Assembly: GCF_009914755.1 (NCBI RefSeq)
Contig: NC_060937.1
DNA length: 64,000 bases
Source of the DNA: the human T2T-CHM13v2.0 reference genome, Homo sapiens
Direction: 5' to 3' (one strand)
A program made the translations under genes and the position numbers. Of this stretch, positions 38,346-51,399 are shown one piece after another (the first letter of the stretch is position 1; every line of letters begins with the position of its first letter). The notes under the pieces are model-generated. The model saw nothing but the letters and a program-made list of their open reading frames with translations. It searched no databases and was not told the DNA's origin.

Positions 38346-39108
38346 GTGTACACAGAAACATATTAACATCAGAGTCTATTTTACTCATTCAAAATTTTTG
38401 GTCAGAACCTTCATGGCTTGGTGAAGCTACTCAATGAATTCATCAATATCTCAGGCTTCTTTTATCTTTCTCTTGCATTAATCTTAGCATGAACATATTT
38501 TGAAGATAAACATAATTTTATTGAACACGAGATATGCGGCTATAAATGAAAGCTAGAAATATCAATAACTACAAGTTTTTGAGTATCAATTTGAAGAACA
38601 GAGTTGTTATCAACGGAGATTGATAAGATGCTGGTAGAAATAGGGTAGATCAGTAGCTCATTATCAGTAGTTATGTAGGAAAGTGCATGTACAAGCCTCA
38701 CATGTCTATTCTGGAGATGTAATTTGGGATCATAATCATACACAGATGTGAGTTAATGTAATGATACTGAAATTTATCCTCAAAGGAATATATGCACATA
38801 GAAAAGAGGACCAAGGACTGAGCCCTGAAAGAGTCCAACAGTATAAGTTAGCACAGGAGTGGAGAAACAAGCAAAAGAATCTTAAAAGTAGTGCCTATTG
38901 AATCAAGTGAAAACATAGGAGAATAAGGTGATTTGGAAAAAAGTGAAAAGAATGAATTAAGGGCAGTTATCACAAAGAAAGGGCAACCAATGCAATGGAA
39001 GGAAAAAATTGCAAATCATATATTTGGTAATAATACATAAAGAATATATATGAGGAATTTCTACAACTTGAAAACAACAACCCAGTTAAAAATTATCAAA
39101 GGATTTTC

Positions 39109-39461
39109 TGTTTTAGTCTGTTTTCACGCTGCTGAATACCTGAGACTGGGCAATTTACAAGAAAAAGAGGTTTATTCACTTACAGTTCCACATGGCTGGG
39201 GAGGTCTCACAATCGTGGTGGAAGGCAAGGAGAAGCAAATTACACCTTATGTGGATGATAGCAGGCAAGAAGAGAGAGCTTGTGCAGAGAAACTCCCATT
39301 TTTAAAACGGATCTTGTGAGACCCATTCCCTTTCACGGAGAATGGCATGGGAAAGACCCACCCCATGATTCAATCATCTCCCACCGGGTTCCTCCCACAA
39401 CAGGTGGAATTATGCCAGCTACAGGATGAGATTTGGATGGGGACACAGCCAAACCATATAA
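39109..39461 (-). mobile_element. THE1A/B-like MaLR solo LTR
   Basis: TGTTTTAGTCTGTTTTCACGCTGCTG...GGGGACACAGCCAAACCATATA. Confidence 0.9.
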
Positions 39462-39931
39462 ACTTAAATGTACATTTCTCAAAAAAACATATAGAAATGG
39501 CCAACAAGCCCATGAAAAGATGCTCAACATTACTAATCATTAGAAAAGCAATTCAAAAACCACAAACCACAATGAGATATCACCTTACACCCGTCAAGAT
39601 AGGCACTATAAAAATAGAAAATAATAATGGTTGGCAAGAATGTGTAGAAGTTGGAACCCTTATGTACTGTTGGTGGGAATGTAAAATGTACTGCCATTAT
39701 AGGAAACAGATTGAGGTGCCTCTAAAAATTAAAAATAGAATTACCATTTGGATATAGCCCCACTAGTAGAATATACCCAGCAATGCTACTACTGGGTATA
39801 TATCCAAAGTAATTCAAAGCAGATTCCAAAATGATATTTGCATACTTTTGTCTACTATTGCCTTATTCACAATACCCAAGAAGCAAAAGAAACTCAAATT
39901 TCCACTGACGAATGAATGGGTTTAAAAATGT

Positions 39932-39934
<3 letters not shown>

Positions 39935-39990
<56 letters not shown>
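39935..39990. repeat. (TA)n microsatellite, ~28 units
   Basis: Perfect TA run. Confidence 0.97.
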
Positions 39991-39995
<5 letters not shown>

Positions 39996-40302
39996 GAATA
40001 GTATTCAGTCTTTAAAGAGAAGAAAATCTTGTCTCATACTATAATATGGATGAACCTCAAGGTCATTAAGCTAAGAGAAATAAGCCAGTCACAAAAGGAA
40101 AGATACTGTATGATTCCAGTCACATAAAGCATGTAAAGTCATAAAAATTATAGAAGCACAAATAGAAAGATGATTACTGAGGTCTGGATAGAGGGGGAAG
40201 AATTATTGTGTCGTGAGTACAAAGTTTCAGTGTTGCAAAATGAAAAATATTATACAGCTCTTCTGCACAAAATGTGAATGTACTTACTACTGAACTGTAA
40301 AC

Positions 40303-40743
40303 TGAAAGGAAAGTATCTTGGGTCCCTTCAAGCTGTGAACTGCTCAGGACAAATCTGTCTCCCATTCTATTCAAAGTCATCTCTCTCCTTACAGGAATAG
40401 ATGCATATTCTGATTGCCTCTTCTGGAAAGACTTATCAGAAACTCAAAAGAACACAACCATCTGTCTCTCACCTACATGTGACCTGGAAGACCCCAGTTG
40501 GCGGCAGTGGGGTGGGCCTTGCTTTGATCTCTTTCCCCCTTTCTAGATGGAACTAATGTACTTTTACATAGATTGATTGATGTCTCATGTCTCCCTAAAA
40601 TGTATAAAACCAAGCTGTGCCCCGACCACCTTGGGCACATGTCGTCAAGACATCGTGAGGCTGTGTCACGGGTGCATCCTCAACCTTGGCAAAATAAACT
40701 TTCTAAATTAACTGAGACCCGTCTCAAGTTTTGGGGGTTCACA
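40303..40743 (+). mobile_element. MER4A1-like ERV1 solo LTR
   Basis: TGAAAGGAAAGTATCTTGGG...TGTATAAAACCAAGCTGTG...AATAAA...TTCACA. 4-bp flanks AAAC/ACAC. Confidence 0.85.
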
Positions 40744-41101
40744 ACACTTAAAATAGTTAAGATGGTAAATTGAATGTTATGTATTTTTTTTGTTACATTA
40801 AAAAAAGGATAAACTTAGAGCTCATGTCAAATGTTTCTGTGAGATCAAGCAGAAAATGAAGATCAAAAATAGACCATTGGTTTTAGCGACATTGACTCAT
40901 TGGTAATTTCAAGAGCTATAGTTTTGATAGCTTGGTGAAAGCTAGATTGTTTTGATTCAGACAGGAATGAAAATGGGATTTGAGCCAGTGAGATTACATA
41001 ATTATTTTATTTTTTGAAGTATTTTGTCCAAGGCGGAGCAAGTAAATATAGCTGTAGCTGGGTAGATATTTAGAAACCTCCCTTTCTCTCTCTCTGAGAC
41101 A

Positions 41102-41300
41102 AATGAGTTCCTTCCACCTGTGAGCCTGTAAAATCAAAAGCAAGTTAGTTACTTCCTAGATACTATTGGGGTATAGGCATTGGGTAAACACACCCGTTAC
41201 AAACAGAAGAAATTGACCAAAATAAAGGGGCTACAGGCCCCATGCAAGTCTGAAATCCAACAAAGTAGTAATTAAATCTTAAAGCTCTGAAATAATCTTG
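41102..41300 (-). mobile_element. Orphan MaLR internal (THE1-int/MST-int) fragment
   Basis: GAGCCTGTAAAATCAAAAGCAAGTTAGTTACTTCCTAGATAC...GGGGCTACAGGCCCCATGCAAGTC. No adjoining LTR. Confidence 0.8.
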
Positions 41301-42077
41301 GAGAATCTCTCACTATATCGATATAGATATCTATATATCTCTCTCTATATATAGACAAATATCTGTCTATCTTTAGTAAAAACTAAATCCATGATGTTGC
41401 AGAGAGAAAAGAGTGTTAATTGATGTTCTTCCATAGCTGAAAGGAGTTAGGATCTAGTGTACATATAGAACGACTTGATTTTGATGGGAGCATTCATATT
41501 TGTAGGTTAATAGCTGAGAGCAATATATGTGTAGATGTAGTGGTGTGAATTTTTGAATGGTTCCACACTGGCTGCTGTTGTTTATTTCCCCTTCAGTTTT
41601 TCTCCTGCCTTCCTGGCAAGGGAAAATATAATGAAATAACGGTGAGAAAACAATAGCGTTTATGTCAGGAAAGCAAAATTATCCCAGATATTCTCAGCAA
41701 ATATCATTTATGGATATTCAATGGCCACCATTTTATCTAATGCTAACAAATGTTTTGCTTTATTTTTTCTAGTTGAGCATTTTATTGCCCTGGAAAAGAT
41801 TGTGGTTTTGTTGCAAGGAAGAAGAGAAGAATGACATTTTTGTGGGTAAGAGGCCATCTATTTTATATTCAATGATTATCTCAAAATAATCTTTCTTAGA
41901 AATTGACAAGCTGGAGTTAAAACTCTTATAGACAAGAAAATTGCCAAAGAAAAAATGTTTAATAAAAAAAGGGTAACACATATGTGTATTTAGTGTCTGG
42001 CTATTAAAGTATTAGCAAGCAATAGTAATTAAATGAGAAATGCTTCAGTTATAAACATTTATTAATATGACACAATA

Positions 42078-42602
42078 TGGTCCAGAAAAATTATAATTCT
42101 AATGTGAACTAGAAGCCTTGACACTCCTTTTGGCTTGACTAAGATATTTTCCCGACTCTAAGCCCCTGTCCCTCCATTTTTTGAGCGCTGGTTTTAGAAA
42201 ACCTGTAATGATTTTTCAGCTACATTGAGATGTAAATTATCTCCAAAACTCTTGCCATTTTTACAACCCAGGAATGCCTTGGACCTTGGAATTATCCCTC
42301 TAAAATGTAATCTTTAAGAACAGTAGAGCCTGTATCTTCCTCCGTCTGTGGGAAGATAAGGACCTAACTTCAGTAAACGTCAATTAACAAGCACATTGGC
42401 CTAATTTCACTGGCCAACCCTCATTTTAATGTCCTCCAGTTATTTTCTCACTAAGGCACTTCGGTGCTTAAAAACTCTCCTGCATTTTTTTTTCCAGAAG
42501 AATTGGGTTCTGTCTCCCAATTAGGATAGACTTGACTGCAACTGAAATAGCCTTGAAGTCTTCCTTGCCTGCTTAACTCTCTCCTGCAATTTCTCTTTGA
42601 CA
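42078..42602 (+). mobile_element. MER31-like ERV1 LTR
   Basis: TTGAGATGTAAAT...TTTTACAACCCAGGAATG...AAGTCTTCCTTGCCTG, ending TTTCTCTTTGACA. Confidence 0.65.
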
Positions 42603-43076
42603 AATGAAACTGTATGTGATGGCAGTGATATTACAAAGCTATAAAATTCTATGATTCTTTATTCATAAAATTGCATGAGAAGATTGGGTATCCAATTGGA
42701 GAAAATATTTCTGTTTCACACTAATTGCAAAAATAAAATCCGAGTAAGTTAAAAATATAAATGCTAAATAAATTCATGAAATTATAAAAATGTAGGCTAA
42801 TGCAGTTATTATTTTATTCATAAAAATATATTTTGTGTGCTTAATTTGTTTAGGAGGCTAGTATAAGCACTAGAAACTTATAAGACATATTATCCTTGCT
42901 GTCATTAAAAATATGAATCTAAAGAAAACTACCAAACCAAATATTTAATACTTCTGTACTTAAAAAGATGGTATACAAATAGAATAAATATTAGACAACC
43001 TAAAAGAAAATATATCATACACACATGCTCACACACACACACATACACACACATACACACATATGTAAGAAGGCAT

Positions 43077-43320
43077 TGCCTATCATGGTGGATCATGCTT
43101 GTAAACTCAACCATTTGGAGGGTTGAGGCAGGAGGATCACTTGATGCCCAGAGTTTGAGAACACCCTGAGCAACATAGCAAGGCCCCGTCTCTGCAAAAG
43201 ATAAAAAAGTGAGATGGGAGTGGGGGTGTGCACCTGTAGTCCCAGTTACTCTGGATGCTAAGCCAGGAGGATCACTTGGGCCCAGGAGTTCAAAGACACT
43301 CATCTCAAAAAAAAAAAAAA
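43077..43320 (+). mobile_element. AluJ with a deletion in the right arm, lying in old L1M-like sequence
   Basis: GGAGGATCACTTG occurs in both arms; A tail present. Confidence 0.85.
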
Positions 43321-44379
43321 GGAAGAAGGAAAAAAGAATATGTTGACTATATCTATAAGACAAAAAGTAGAAGTCTGCAAAGGAAGCCGGGCAAAACATA
43401 TGAAGAGGTAATATGTAGAAGAGCAACTTGGTTACAAAATATTTAAAAAGGAAGCTCATGCTTTATAAATAAGCAATGCAAATAAGCAAAAACAAAGCGA
43501 AGTATATCATTCAAATAATTACAACTAATAATACATAGAAAAGTTTGGAAAATATTTAACAATGATTATATCGACTATCGTGAACAAAAGTTATCACATC
43601 AACATTTGAAGTGTAATTTCGCCTTATTCATGTAAAAACACCATGATATTGCAAAGCCAATTCTTAGTATATAACTAAAATAAGTGAGTTAAGCAAAGAA
43701 TGCATGTACAAGAAAATATTGCAGCTTTGTGGTACAGAGAAAAGAACAAAAACAAAGAGTAAAAAAACAGAATTGGGTGACTCAAAAAGTAAATCGCAAC
43801 ACAGCAATTTAAAAATATACTAGAATATATGGCCTAGAATGAAAAGATAATTTGGTTAGTGCAAAACAACAAATAGGGTGAATTGAATTCCAGACACATA
43901 TTGAAATAGGATCTCACATACGAATATACATATGCATAAAACCCCATTGTGTATTTTCGTGGAGGCCTATAAAAATTGAATAAATAAATACAGAGACACA
44001 GATTGAAATCAAATGCATAAAGCTTTATACAGCCAGAGGACTTTGACCTTATATTCAATGTGTAAATTTGTACAATGAGAATGTAGTCTGGCATTATTTG
44101 GGAATTAAATTACTGCACAGAATAGAAAATCATCCCTAAATGTCTTAGAAATAATAATAATATTTTAAAATGTGATAGCAGTATCAAATTGCTGGTCTCA
44201 AAGAAGAGTACTAGAAAATGAGAGTTTCCAAAGAAAAGTATATTTCATTCAAGTTGGTTCTTATATAAAGTATTAATTAAATAAGTATGATCAAAATATT
44301 TGACTATGGGAATATTTATCTTAATATTTCAAGGGATTTTGGTATAGGGGCTGTTTAACTTTGTGGCTTTAAAATTTCT

Positions 44380-44572
44380 TATTTTAATTTCTGACTTCAC
44401 TAGATAATTCCTATCAGTGTGATCTAGAGTAAGGTATTAACTATCTCTATGAGAAAACACAGTACATGAAATAACTTCTACTTAATATGTTTATCATGTG
44501 CTTCAAAAGCATTTAACTATGTCAAATGCTTGAAAAAATACCCAAGACACAGTAACAATTCAATAAATGTAT
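44380..44572 (+). mobile_element. MIR remnant
   Basis: TTAATTTCTGACTTCACTA...GTGTGATCTAGAGTAAGG...ACAGTAACAATTCAATAAATGT. Confidence 0.5.
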
Positions 44573-44774
44573 GCTGTTTATAATTTCTAAAAATAAAAGT
44601 AACATAGAACAGGATATGTATGTACTAACTCAAAAGCAATTCATTTTGATAAAATCATAAGGGTTGTTATTTTTAAGTTTTATCTAAAACAAAAACAGGC
44701 ATGGTTTTGAAACAATTATATATATAATATATAATTTAATTAATATAATTACATTGGCTCAATATGCCAGTGTA

Positions 44775-44953
44775 ATTTTTGGCATATTGAAATTATATGC
44801 AAAGGGAAATGCAAATGTTAATTGAATAAATAGGTACAGAAAAATAGATGGAAATCAAATGGATAAAACTTTATTCAGGCATGACCTGTATAAGGAGGAC
44901 TTTGGCTTTATATTTGCATTTCCCTTTGCATATAATCTCAATATGCCAAAAAT
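44775..44953. repeat. 42-bp inverted repeat (44775-44816 / 44912-44953) with a 95-bp spacer
   Basis: ATTTTTGGCATATTGA(A/G)ATTATATGCAAAGGGAAATGCAAAT; arms are 41/42 identical. Confidence 0.95.
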
Positions 44954-46406
44954 ATTATCACTATCTCTGCCTCTGACAATTCACTCACCCACAACCCCAC
45001 ACTGAGGCCTGCACAAAATATACTTCAATGACTGATGCTCATCAAAGATAGGAAGTATTACTTCATTTGTTTATTTCTCAGTAACTCTTTGCAAGTCCTT
45101 TAACTACAGGAAAAACACAAAATCGCGGTGGCTCAAATCTTCTACCACTTACTTCGTAACTAAAATATTCGTATCATTTCTCAGTCAGGCAAAAATGACA
45201 ATAGCAAGATTATTTCTTATGGTGATTAAAACAACAAAAGCAACACTGTAGATTTAATGCACCCATAGTATGTTCACTTAAAAATATCATAATATTATTG
45301 CAAAGAATCATGAAAACTTGACTTTATAAACGAAATTTGATCACAATATTTTAATATTCTTCATTAAATCAAGATTTGGAAATCTGACAAATAAATTTCT
45401 GTTCAACCAAGAGGCTCACAATAATATCAGCCAAATATTCCTACAGGCAATATACTATCTAAACATAGAAGTAGTTTCTGATATACTAAGCTATATTTCT
45501 TAAGGCTGATAGTAATTACAATCATAATGTAACTAAAATTTATATGTAGAAAATTTAATAAGGAGGCTGATGTTTAAAATTAGTTTTGCTTTTCAATTGT
45601 CTGCTTTCTGTCACTTTCTAAAACTATAAAAGAAGTTTGGTAGTGCGCAATTTAACAGGCTGTGGGGGGTATACTTAGTTTACAAGTATAATATTTTTCT
45701 AGAATATGAATTGGATACTCTGTTTGCAGTTACATACTGGTAACTGTCTGAATGGCATGTGCTATTTTCTTTCAAAATATGCTCATTTTACATATAATTT
45801 AGTCAAATAGTTTAAATTTTGCATAGCAGATTGCGTTACATGCATAATTCTTTCTTTTCATTGTTTATGAAATGTTTAAAATACATTTGACTCATTTAAG
45901 CTCTCTACTAAATCTATACCTCTTTGTCTTAAATTTGTTCCTTATTTGAGTTTTACATTCTAAGAGCCTCAATCGCAATTTAGCACTTATAAAACAGAAA
46001 GACTTTGCACTTTTATGGAACTTACAACTCATTTCTGGAAATTATGTTCCATCTGTCACTTCAGCAAATTTCAAGTGTTTCTTTTTATCAGTATTTTAAT
46101 GCTCTATAATTTAATTTAGAATGATTTCTAAAGATGACTCAAGTTCTTAGTAACTATGAAATCTCTTCTAGTGGAAACAAGTTAAAATACTTAAAATTAT
46201 TTGTGTTTTATTTTCAACTACTTTCATTAACTAGAGATATCTTTCGCCATCTTGAGAAATACATTTTTAATCATTTAAATGAAAAAATTAACAGATGGGC
46301 AATTCCACTTATTGGAAAGACTTTGGATTTAGAAGCAAGAGACATGAGTTCAACTACTGTCTCTGTGATTTCATATTTTTATAGCTTTAGTAAAACTGTA
46401 TATTCT

Positions 46407-46702
46407 TTTTTTTTTTTTTTTTGAGACGGAGTCTCGCTGTCGCCCAGACTGGAGTGCAGTGGCTCGATCTCGGCTCACTGTAGGCTCCGCCCCCGGGGGT
46501 TCACGCCATTCTCCTGCCTCAGCCTCCTGCGCAGCTGGGACTACAGGCACCCGCCACCTCGCCCAGCTAATTTTTTGTATTTTTAGTAGAGATGGGGTTT
46601 CACCGTGTTAGCCAGGATGGTCTGGATCTCCTGACCTCGTGATCCGCCTGCCTCGGCCTCCCAAAGTGCTGGGATTACAGGCGTGAGCCACCGCGCCCGG
46701 CC
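46407..46702 (-). mobile_element. AluY, AluYe5-type, with a 15-bp TSD, inserted in a MIR
   Basis: Minus strand shows GGGCGAGGTGGCGGG, GAACCCCCGGGGGCGGAGCCT and CGACAGCGAGAC (2-bp deletion). TSD AAAACTGTATATTCT at 46392-46406 and 46703-46717. Confidence 0.9.
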
Positions 46703-47649
46703 AAAACTGTATATTCTGAATATGTTTCCTTCATTCATAAAGTCAAGTTTGAGATAATTTTATTTTATAGTTATTCAGTCACTATTGGTTGATCTCTACC
46801 TATGTACCAATATGCTTCTGACTGCTGAAGACATAGCATTGAAAAGAAAAATCCTTATTCTAAAAATTTTGAAGACATTTGGTTGGGTAAGAGTGAAAAA
46901 TAAACAAAATTAAAGAGTAAATAAAATTAATAGGTTAGACTCTATCCTTTAGATGATACTTCTTTTGAAAATAATAACAGAAAACAATTATATAGCAATC
47001 ATTGGATGTGGGGGAGAAATTCAAATTTTTCTGTTTGTTAAGATAAATTATAAGTAAAGTGCCTGTGACCATCTTCTTGGAATTTCTAAAGCAGTATATA
47101 AATATTGGTTTTTATGTCAAATATATAATTACATTATACATTCCATAGTTTAACTGTATATATTAATTAATCAATGTTTAGGGACTTTTTTTTACTAGTT
47201 TATCTAGGTTAATCACAGGTAGGATCAAAGTAAATTAAAAGTAGCTCATTTTATGTTTTGTTTTGTTTTTCCTTTACCTTCAAGACTTGCAAAATATTGC
47301 TTTTTTCTGCAATAGACATAGAAAAAATAACCATATTTAGGCAAATTTTAAAATTCTGAAGTAAAATATCAAGGGATGAAAGATTGAAAAAGACCAAAAG
47401 CTAAATCAAGCAAATGAAGAAACTCATAAAAAGCTATAAACAGATGCATGATTAAATTGAGAAGAGAAAGTGCCATATCTAAAAAGGAACTAAGAGGCAG
47501 ATGATCATGACATGTTACACAGAGAAAAGGGATGGAGGAAAATGGGTTGAGAGGCTTGGCATTTTGTTTTTGTATGTATATGCCTCTACAGTTTACAGTA
47601 TCTATGTTAAGTTCAGTTCTTGAGACACCAATTTCATTGCTAGTAATGA

Positions 47650-47892
<243 letters not shown>

Positions 47893-48744
47893 TAATGTTT
47901 TATATTCTAATGTTTCTATATATGCTTAAAGGTTACTTAACCTTTGAAAATTATTTTCCAGTTGGGAAATGTTTGTGAATGAAATTGCTATAAACTTGCT
48001 TCACGTATAAATCATGCCTGATTTATATGAATTTGTTTCAAAATAAGAATATCTAAATTCTGTAATAAGAGATAACTTTTAATTTACACTTCACTATATT
48101 TTTATTTTTATTTTTATTTTTCTGTGCCCCACCCCCACCCCTCACAGGCCATTACAGCACCTTTTGTCTTCTTAGCTCTTAGCTCTTGTTTAACTATTTG
48201 CAACAATCCAGGCTTGTTTATCTTTTTTGCAACGAACTTCATAGAACATGGCTCTATACTTCAAGAGCATAGAATGTATGCATTTACTTGAAAAAGAAAA
48301 AAAAAGAAAATAGTGTAGGTTTATTCTTATCTCAAAATGAGATGTCAAATCACTAAAATATCTAATCCCTTCTTCCAAATGAGAATGGAAATTGACTTCT
48401 TTTTGTTAAACCAAGAAAATATTTAATAGAAGTTGACAGTACACTTCCTGTTTTCTATTCTAGACTAGAACTAGGATATTTGATTTCTTCTACTGGAAGG
48501 GCAATCAAGAAATTGAGTGTCTGGCAAAAGAAATACCATTTTTCATGACAGACTCAAATAAATTGTGATTTATTCCCCCAAGCTGAGCACTGTCATCACT
48601 TTTCCTGAGGTAAAAGGAGTGAAGAGTGGTTTCTGAATAGAAAACAAATAATAGATTTATTGAAGTCATTATTATAACCAAATATAATTTTATCAAAATA
48701 TCCTTTCATTTTTATATGTTCAGTTACATTGTGAAAATTTTACA

Positions 48745-48830
48745 TATATATATATATACACACACAGACATATATACATATATATATATATATATATACA
48801 CACACATATATACACACACACACACACACA
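48745..48830. repeat. Mixed (TA)n/(CA)n microsatellite
   Basis: Seen directly in the sequence. Confidence 0.9.
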
Positions 48831-49009
48831 GAGAGAAAAGGAGAGCAGGGAGTCAGTTGGGTGTTATGCTGTTTAAAGCATATCGATTTATGAGTTTATT
48901 AATCTATATTGTACTGCAATTGTGGCTGAGTTTCATAGTTTTCTCTGATTATCTGTGTCTCTCCTGTCTTTTTAGTACCATAACCCTTTATGTTGCTGAA
49001 AATTTCTAA

Positions 49010-49840
49010 GATTTCTTTGCCAGCAGATTTCCCTATCTAGCTAAATCTCTGGCAATGACATGTAAAATGATGTGTCCTTATGTAATTCTAGAAAAAAAAA
49101 ATCCCTAAAATTTGAGGGAAGTGCCCTTATCAGCTGTTTTTCCTGTTTTCTTACATGTACAGGTAGAAAATGGAGATCCAGCAGCCATCTTGGCTTATGA
49201 CATTATTGGAAATATTAGTGTAGAAAGAAAGAGAGAGCCTGGGTCCTGTAAATAAAAGTTCTCTGGAAAGTAATTTAGAGGAAATAGACTTTATTTCAGT
49301 TAAGAGCTTGCAAACCAGAGATACACAGCCTGTAAAATAAAGGTACAGTCCAGAAAACAAAGGGAGGATTTCTCTTTTTCAGAAATGATTCTGCCCAGGT
49401 GTCCACTCAGGTCTGCTTATGCAAATGAAACATGCAAACTTGCTTAGTTCTGAATGATTGATGCTTGCTGAGTTCTGATTGACCGACACAGATCACAGTC
49501 TATTGATTGGTTTAGGTGGTGAGAACAAGAGAAGGCAGCTACGAAAGCCTCAAACTTTAGCAGGCCTGTGGATTTTCTAGGAACTCAAAGTATGAGTGTC
49601 ACCTCTAGTCAGCAAATGGCCATTTGATTCAAATTTAAATTTAGACTCAGTTAGCCGCTTAGGATGCTTCTTGAAGGATTGGCTCATTCCTGGGTCGCAG
49701 TCTTAACACCATGTAGCCATCACAACACAACAAACTGCCTACCTCCGAAATACTTTCATATGAGAAATAAAAATTTGTATGCTTTTTGATAGAAGTCTAA
49801 TATTTTATGACTTTATAGCTAAATGCTATCCAATTGATAT
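49010..49840 (+). mobile_element. Old MLT1-like MaLR LTR, split by an ERV1 LTR
   Basis: GCAGCCATCTTG...GAGCCTGGGTCC on the left; CTGCCTACCTCC...ATGAGAAATAAA on the right. Confidence 0.55.
49247..49699 (-). mobile_element. ERV1 solo LTR (LTR23/LTR44/LTR56-like)
   Basis: TG...CA termini and 4-bp flanks GTCC/GTCT. Minus strand reads GAGCCAATCCTTCAAG...GCCATTTGCTGACTAGAGG. Contains ATGCAAAT and several ATTGG/ATTGA boxes. Confidence 0.7.
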
Positions 49841-50654
49841 AAATGTATGAATAGTCTTTCTGTTCTCTTTTTAAATACTATGTCCTTGTAATTTTTGGAT
49901 GGGTAAAGTTGCTATTCTCTTTTTCTCATTATTAATAAGAATGTTCAAATCTACTTTTCCATTGTCTTATCAACTGTCATCTTTTTTTTAGAGACACATT
50001 TATTTTATAGTGTGAAAAATAGTGTATTTTTCTAGAAATGTGATACACAAGATATCTAGCAAAATTCTTGTAACAACAAATATTTAAAATATGTTTGTAA
50101 TATATAGTTTCACTGGAGATACTTAAACAATGCACTGGATGCCTAAATTTATGAGAAAGAGGGGACAAAGAGATTGGTAATTTCTGAAGTTGGTGTTTGT
50201 TCTGGGGACAGCTCATCATTTCTGGGCTGAGAGTAGAATTTAAATGGGGCCTATTATGTATAAGAAAAAAGGACAGTATGTAATTGCAGATTAGAGTTCA
50301 ACAATTAATTCAGGCTCACCTAACAGTTTAAGTGAATACAAAGAAAATACAGGACTCTCAGAGGGAAAAAGTTACAGTTATTTTTTGCAACCTAGACTGT
50401 TCATAGATTGAAATAGAAAGAAGGAAGAGATAAGGAAAACAGAAGGAAGAAGGGAGGAAGGAAAAGAAGGAAAGAAAAGAAAGAAAAAAAAGGATGAGAT
50501 AAAGGGACAAAAGCAGAATGACACTGGAAAAGAGTTCAGATAGCTCGTACAAACCATTACCCCTTCCCCTACAATAAAGCCATATATATAAAAAATATAT
50601 ATTATATATCATATATAAAATATATTTAATATATATTTTATATATGATATATAA

Positions 50655-50993
<339 letters not shown>

Positions 50994-51399
50994 TAGTTTT
51001 GAGGTGGTAGTATGGAAAAGTCCAAACACATGTAGGAATTTTATTTTAACACAATTCTTACACATTACCATAAAGTTTAAATAATGTCACCTAAGTCAGT
51101 ACAAAGAAAATTACAAAACTGGATGCACAGAGAGTGAATATATAACAAATATTGGAGAATTTCATATAAAAAGAAAGGGATAGAAGTAAAAAAGAATATC
51201 AATATTATCACTAAGAATGACCAATTATTAAAATTTGCTCAGCAGATTTGAAAAAGAGAAAAATATAATATTGTGAAGTGAAACATTTAGTAATTGAGTG
51301 CAGGAACTCAATGTGTGAAATACACAGAAAATTTTGTAGACTATAAGACAATATTAGTTGGCTAAGTCAGATTTATTCCTAAAATGCCATCATTGTGCA

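Larger units (their letters stand above)
38975..40805 (+). mobile_element. L1MB-like 3' fragment, interrupted by THE1, (TA)n and MER4A1
   Basis: ORF2 C-terminal peptide HFSKKHIEMANKPMKRCSTLLIIR. 3' end GAACTGTA[LTR]CACTTAAAATAGTTAAGATGGTAAAT. Confidence 0.8.
38600..41065 (-). mobile_element. L2 element interrupted by L1MB (pieces ~38600-38965 and ~40815-41065)
   Basis: Antisense L2 motifs AGAGGACCAAGGACTGAGCCCTG on the left and AATAGACCATTGGTTTTAGCGAC on the right. Confidence 0.65.
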
